Assembly: GCF_000142905.1 (NCBI RefSeq) | Contig: NW_013657589.1 | Location: 1 to 9,634, forward strand | Origin: Thecamonas trahens ATCC 50062 | Lineage: Eukaryota; Protista; Apusomonadida | Reading direction: 5' to 3' | DNA: 9,634 nucleotides | Shown: positions 1 to 5,700 of the stretch, in pieces | Layout of the letters: the number at the start of each line of letters is the position of its first letter | Position numbering within the stretch: the stretch's first letter is position 1 | Notes under the pieces: generated by a model | Told to the model about the DNA's origin: nothing | The model's input: only the letters and a program-made list of their open reading frames with translations | Database searches by the model: none | Position numbers and translations under genes: made by a program

Positions 1-122
1 AGAGAATGAAAGTGAGAGAGATGGTGGATGAAAATTCGGTCACTTTGGCAAACGGATGCCACCTCGCATACTCGCAGACCCAGATCGCCATCTTCTGTTC
101 CGCCATGTATGGTTTCTCTCGA

Positions 123-720
123 ACCGTTGACACCGACGACTGAGACGTTGTTCGCACCGATAAGCGCGTCAATGACCGCAGCGCGAGTGTCAGGGAGCGG
201 GTAGTACTCGGATGGGTTAGGTGGCGTGTGGCATGGGTGAGGGGCGGAGGGGTGAACTGGGAACAATGGCCTGGATGCGGTCGGCAAGATCGTCGACCAT
301 GTCAACCACGCTGTCGCGAGCCGGGGAGTACGGAGCGAGGCCGCGCTCGAGGAGGGCGTAGAGAGTGCCGATGCGGGCGACTTTGAGCTCGGGCGTGAGT
401 TCATCGTGTTCCCAGAGATCCGTGAATCGACGGTTGTTCGGGATCTGCGACGGGAAAGCCACCGCCATGTACGCCAGTAGAGGGTGGCTGGCATCCCGCG
501 GGCCGTCACGCCATGCCGGCGACGAGACGGTCTCGAGCGAGAGCTCAGCGTCGGCAAAAACCGGAAAGACCTTGCAAGTCGGATCAGCGAGGGCTGCGTC
601 GGCCTCTGCGATGGCGCACCGTGTGACGATCGAGTACTTTGAGACAACGACGACCACAACGTGTGAGTCACGGGCAAGCCGGGCGCCGTCGCCCCTCCTA
701 TCAAGCCACGTCGTCGTCCG
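123..720 (-). pseudogene. TIR domain followed by the start of an NB-ARC/STAND-like NTPase; 5'-truncated, frameshifted and 3'-truncated
   Basis: Minus ORF 217..987 contains TTTWLD...RDSHVVVVVVSKYSIVTRCAIAEADAALADPTCKVFPVF (717..556). This follows the TIR_2 pattern vWlD...S.vvvvvS..s..S.wv..E...A...vfPvf, with Glu at 606-604. After a 1-nt frame change near 230 the strand reads HTPPNPSEYYPLPDTRAAVIDALIGANNVSVVGVNG (to 123), resembling the segment that precedes the P-loop of NB-ARC domains. No GxGKT follows. The first TIR strand (FISY-like) is absent. Recognised by eye, not by HMM. Confidence 0.6.
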
Positions 721-726
721 CGGTCG

Positions 727-1860
727 CTGCGCCCATCTGTCGTCACCCGCTGGGGGTCGACTGTTGCCATGGTCAATCGCATGCTCGACATGCGCGAGGA
801 CATCGACGAGCTCTGCTCCATGGCGGAGGTCTCGATCGAGAAGCTTTCGGACGACGACTGGGCGCAGCTCAAGCTCGCGTACCCAGTCCTCAGCATGATC
901 GACATGTCCTCCACCAAATCGCAGAGGGAGGATAATCGGCCCTCCGATGCGATTGTGACGATGCTGCATATGCGCTCCGGCATGCAAGAGATTATCTCAG
1001 TCCAGGCGTCTGGCGCGGGCACAGCTGCTTGAAGGCAATCGGAAGCGAGCTCAAGTACTTTGCCGAGCAAGACTCATCGCTAATCGCTTCCTCATTGACC
1101 CCGAGGTCACCCATGAGCAACTGCGAGAGTTTTATGGCTGCTATGCCAAGGCATTGTACGGCGACAGAACGACAGACACCTTGATCCAGCGCGTTCGCCG
1201 CGACGTGTGGGGCCGCTTTGCGAGCAAGATTGCGGTTGCATTCCATGACCAGCTTGCGCGCACCGAGAACGAAGCTGTCCCAATAGTGGTGGAGATCGCG
1301 TTTGCCCCAGATGATGCTCCTCGGCGCGCCTCTGCATCTGCGAACAACATCAGTGCCGGTTCATCAGGTGTGTCCGAGTGCGGGACTGAGCCGCCACAAT
1401 GTGATGAAGTTGTGGACCTTATTCTGCAAAGTACAAGCGCCAGCTTGAGGCTGGCACTGGTAGTCGCGTTGGGTCCAAGAAGCCGCGCACGGCGTTTGTG
1501 CAGCAGGCGAGGCGCGGCCCTTCCGCGACTCTGCTAGTCGAGAGGTACAGCAAGGCACTTACTCAGGCCATCTTCGACTACAAGAAGATCTGTGTAACGA
1601 TGTCGCCAGACGCGCGCATCCAGCTGATCCCCGCCCTGGCCCACACTAAGTGCCGCTACGGTGACGATGAGTGGATCCTCGATCGTATGGCGGCAACGGC
1701 GCTCCTTCGTTCGCTGCTGCTCTCCTCTGCTGCAGCTGCGAGCGTGGAACAGCTCATCTCGGTGGGCACAGATATGCTCACTCGTAAGCGCAACCGTCTT
1801 GACTCCGAAAGGATCGAGAAGATGGTGCTCACGCGCTGCTGGATCGGTATCGACCTACAG
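727..1860 (+). pseudogene. hAT-superfamily DDE transposase, C-terminal part, several frameshifts
   Basis: Frame 1 reads LRPSVVTRWGSTVAMVNRMLDMRE (TRWGST at 745-762, the hAT TRWxS motif), then LSDDDWAQL. After frameshifts near 1028 and 1087 it reads LIA/FLIDP (A..LDP-like motif). After another shift near 1500, frame 1 gives LLLSSAAAASVEQLISVGTDMLTRKRNRLDSERIEKMVLTRCW (to 1842), matching the hAT C-terminal dimerisation motif SAsvERlFS..g...t.kRnrL, with the catalytic-position Glu at 1747-1749. The BED finger, the first two Asp motifs and CxxH are not seen. Confidence 0.9.
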
Positions 1861-1865
1861 AGGAA

Positions 1866-1927
1866 TATTCATTCCATAGGTCCAGGTATTCATTCCCGGC
1901 CAATATTTCGCGAAAATTTAAACACTG
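1866..1927. repeat. Candidate hAT right terminal inverted repeat and subterminal repeats
   Basis: TATTCATTCC at 1866-1875 and 1887-1896, palindrome TTTCGCGAAA at 1906-1915, AAACACTG ending at 1927. Confidence 0.45.
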
Positions 1928-2763
1928 GTTGGTCCTCGAGGAAGCGTCATCCTACGACGAGGTCTGCCGCTCCGCCGCCCCATGGCCGGCCCCGAGGTGA
2001 TCACAACCAAAAGGTCGTGTACACTCCACCCTATACCAAGTGCTGCACATATAACCCCTTGTTACGTCTAGTTGTAGCCATAGTAAGTTTCTCTTTCAAC
2101 TTCCATGGCCAGCCCCTACCCCATCCATGGCCGCTCCACGACCGCCCCCCGTCCATTGGCCGGCCCGCACCAGCCTCATGGCTGGCCCCGAGGCTCTGGC
2201 CATGGGCGATCACATCCTCGGCCATACCAGAGTACCTGGACTCGTTTGCTTGGTAGTTTGCGTCCACTCGCTGCATGAGCCGAGCCTGTCTTCATCATGC
2301 TTGGGTTTGCCTTGCTCCTGTTGCGTTCCTGGGCGGCGTTGTGCGCGGCGGTCGCAATGTCGAGTTCCTCAGCAGTCTTCGCCTCGCTGGCGTTGGTGGC
2401 GTAGTTGTCGTCTTCGGAACGGGAATGGACAATGCCGATGCCGAGGACGGTGACGACGGCGGTGGTCGAGCGCGATGATGGCAAGAGCGAGGAGCGTGCC
2501 GATGAGGTCCCCGACTGGTGAGGCAGACGACGAGGCCAAAGGGCTGGACAAGGAGCAGGAAAGGAAGGGGAGGCAGAGGCAGTGGGATAGAGGATGAGAC
2601 ATTGACCATGCCTGGGACCTTGCTGTAGAGAACGGCCATGTCTGAACTGCAGCTACACGTGCTGCTCATGTCGGCCGCGACCGGCCCAAATTTTTCGCTG
2701 GAAGCGCGGGGCGACCTACGCGCACGGCTACACATTCCACTCATTCTGACGACGAACACAGTC

Positions 2764-5700
2764 ATGGGCTACAAAGCATGTGGAGCTGGTATGACACGCT
2801 CTTCCCGTGTCTGGTTTTGGGTTGGGGTACTGGTGCTGCTGTTGTGCGTCCTGGTCGAGGCTGCGGTGGTGGGTGGCGGCGGGTTCGTGCCGTCTCAGCG
2901 ACCCAACATTCCGCAGTGTCGGGCCGAACTGGCTGCGGTGGAGTACGTGGTGAGCATGGCAGCGAACGGTGCGAATTCTGTGATCGCGGCTGACATCGAT
3001 GGAGATTGTGATCTGGACCTTGCGTCGGCGTCCTCACTCGACGACAAGATTGCGTGGTATGAGAACATCGACGGAAACGGGACCTTTGGGCCGCAGCAAG
3101 TGGTGAGCACGGCAGCGAGTAGTGCGCGGTCTGTGATTGCGGCTGACATAGATGGAGATGGCGATCTGGACCTGGCGTCGGCGTCGTACGATGACGACAA
3201 GATTGCGTGGTACGAGAACACCGACGGAGCCGGGACCTTTGGGCCGCAGCAAGTGGTGAGCACGGCAGCGGACGATGCACGATCTGTGATTGCGGCTGAC
3301 ATAGATGGAGATGGCGATCTGGACCTGGCGTCGGCGTCGTACTCCGACGACAAGATTGCGTGGTACGAGAACACCGATGGGGCCGGCACCTTTGGGCCGC
3401 AGCAAGTGGTGAGCACTGCAGCGGATTTTGCGCACTCTGTGATTGCAGCTGACATCGATGGAGATGGCGATCTGGACCTGGTGTCGGCGTCGTGGAATGA
3501 CGACAAGATTGCGTGGTACGAGAACACCGACGGGGCCGGAACCTTTGGGCCGCAGCAAGTGGTGAGCACTGCAGCGGACGGTGCGCGGTCTGTGATTGCG
3601 GCTGACATCGATGGAGATGGTGATCTGGACCTGGCGTCGGCGTCGGGAAACGACAACAAGATTGCGTGGTACGAGAACACCGACGGGGCAGGAAGTTTTG
3701 GGCCGCAACAGGTGGTGAGCATGGCAGCGAACGGTGCGAATTCTGTGATCGCGGCTGACATCGATGGAGATGGCGATCTGGACCTGGCGTCAGCGTCGTC
3801 CTCCGACAACAAGATGGCGTGGTACGAGAACATTGACGGAGCCGGGACCTTTGGGCCGCAGCAAGTGGTGAGCACGGCAGCGGACGATGCACGATCTGTG
3901 ATTGCGGCTGACATAGATGGAGATGGCGATCTGGACCTGGCGTCGGCGTCGTACTCCGACGACAAGATTGCGTGGTACGCGAACACCGATGTGGCGGAGA
4001 GTTTTGGGCCGCAGCAAGTGGTGAGCACGGCAGCGGACGATGCGTGGTCTGTGATTGCGGCTGACATAGATGGAGATGGCGATCTGGACCTAGCGTCGGC
4101 GTCTAGGGACGACGACAAGATTGCGTGGTACGAGAACACCGATGGGGCCGGCACCTTTGGGCCGCAGCAAGTGGTGAGCACGGCAGCGGACTTTGCGCAC
4201 TCTGTGATTGCAGCTGACATAGATGGAGATGGCGATCTGGACCTGGCGTCGGCGTCGTACTCCGACGACAAGATTGCGTGGTACGAGAACACCAACGGGG
4301 CAGGAAGTTTTGGGCCGCAACAGGTGGTGAGCACGGCAGCGTACTGGGCACAGTCAGTGATTGCGGCCGACATAGATGGAGATGGAGATATGGACCTGGC
4401 GTCGGCATCGTTGCGCGACGACAAGATTGCGTGGTATGAGAACCTGTATGGCAACGGGACCTTTGGGCCGCAGCAAGTGGTGAGCACGGCAGCGGACGGT
4501 GCACGATCTGTGATTGCGGCTGACATAGATGGAGATGGCGATCTGGACCTGGCGTCGGCGTCGGCGGGGTCCCACCCCGTCTACGATGGTATGATTGCGT
4601 GGTACGAAAACACGGACGGGGCAGGAAGTTTTGGGCCGCATCAAGTGGTGAGCACTGCAGTGCGCGGTGCTTACTCTGTGATTGCGGCTGACATAGATGG
4701 AGATGGCGATCTGGACCTGGCTTCGGCGTCGGAGCACGACGACAAGATTGCGTGGTACGAGAACCTGTACGGCAACGGGACCTTTGGGCCGCAGCAAGTG
4801 GCGAGCACTGCAGTGGGCGGTGCGTTCTCTGTGATTGCGGCTGACATAGATGGAGATGGCGATCTGGACCTGGCGTCGGCGTCGGGGTTGGGCTTTAACG
4901 GAAAGATTGCTTGGTACGAGAACACCGACGGGGCCGGGTCCTTTGGGCCGCAGCAAGTGGTGAGCACGGCAGTGAACGGTGCGGTGTCTGTGATTGCGGC
5001 TGACATGGATGGAGATGGCGATCTGGACCTGGCGTCGGCGTCGCAGGACGACGACAAGATTGCGTGGTATCCCCGTTTCTCGCGCGGACCGTTCCATGTT
5101 TACGCAGCAACCACTCACACTTTCGAACCGTCGTGCATGTCGTTCAACCCGCTTGTCGTCTGCCTCTCATCGGCACTCACCAGTCTCTCGCGCTGCGCGC
5201 GCGATACCCTGCTCCTTCCACAAGGCCAGTACTCTTGCTTTCGTGACAAGCACCTGAACATAATTGGCAAGAGCATCATTCTCGCCCCCGCCGAATCTGG
5301 AACCGTCACCTTTGCATGCAATGGCAACGCGCTTTTTCGCCTCACTTCCACGCCCAACTCCCACACTGAGCTTGATCTTGTTGGCCTCCGACTCGAGAAC
5401 CTCGGCAACAGCCACGCCACGCCGATTGTCGGCTCAAGCGGGTTGCGCGTCGAGGATGGCAACTCAATCCTCCGTCTCCGCAACGTTACCATTGATGGTG
5501 GATCGTCGCCTTCAACCAGCCACCAGCTGGACGGTGGGCGTGGTGGCTGTATACTTGTGACGGATGGTGCAAAAGTCGAAATCGTCAACTCGACCCTGAC
5601 TCGCTGCACAGCTGGTAGTGACGGTGGCGCCGTGGCCTTGATGGATCCGGAAAGCGAGCTGGTGCTCAAGAGAGCGCGCATCGAGTTATCAACCGCTGGT

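Larger units (their letters stand above)
727..1927 (+). mobile_element. Decayed hAT DNA transposon remnant, left end missing
   Basis: The transposase relic is followed by an AT-rich stretch (1861-1927) with two TATTCATTCC copies, ending in ...AAATTTAAACACTG (reverse complement CAGTGTTT..., a typical hAT terminus start). No matching left terminus or 8-bp target-site duplicate was found in the window. Confidence 0.65.

Noticed and set aside
365-898. Plus-strand 177-aa ORF as the hAT N-terminus
   Set aside because: It is Ser/Arg/Thr-biased, lacks BED, Asp or CxxH motifs and is not in the TRWGST frame. It is better explained as antisense of the TIR region.
1861-2256. C-terminal half of ORF 1498..2256 as real protein
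   Set aside because: Transposase similarity ends near 1860, and the rest is read-through into terminal and Pro/His-biased non-coding sequence.
2638-2763. ORF-finder start at 2638
   Set aside because: It would put about 58 residues before the signal-like hydrophobic stretch. ATG 2764 or 2791 fits better, though this is unproven.
2947-5070. CRISPR array or diversity-generating retroelement interpretation of the repeats
   Set aside because: Units are in-frame coding repeats with no unique spacers. Variation is not adenine-specific, and no cas gene, reverse transcriptase or template repeat is present.
2762-5118. Long minus-strand ORFs (2895..4526, 2762..3892, 4354..5118 and others)
   Set aside because: They are shadows of the coding repeat: a stop-free antisense frame in one unit is propagated to all units, and the products have no recognisable domain.
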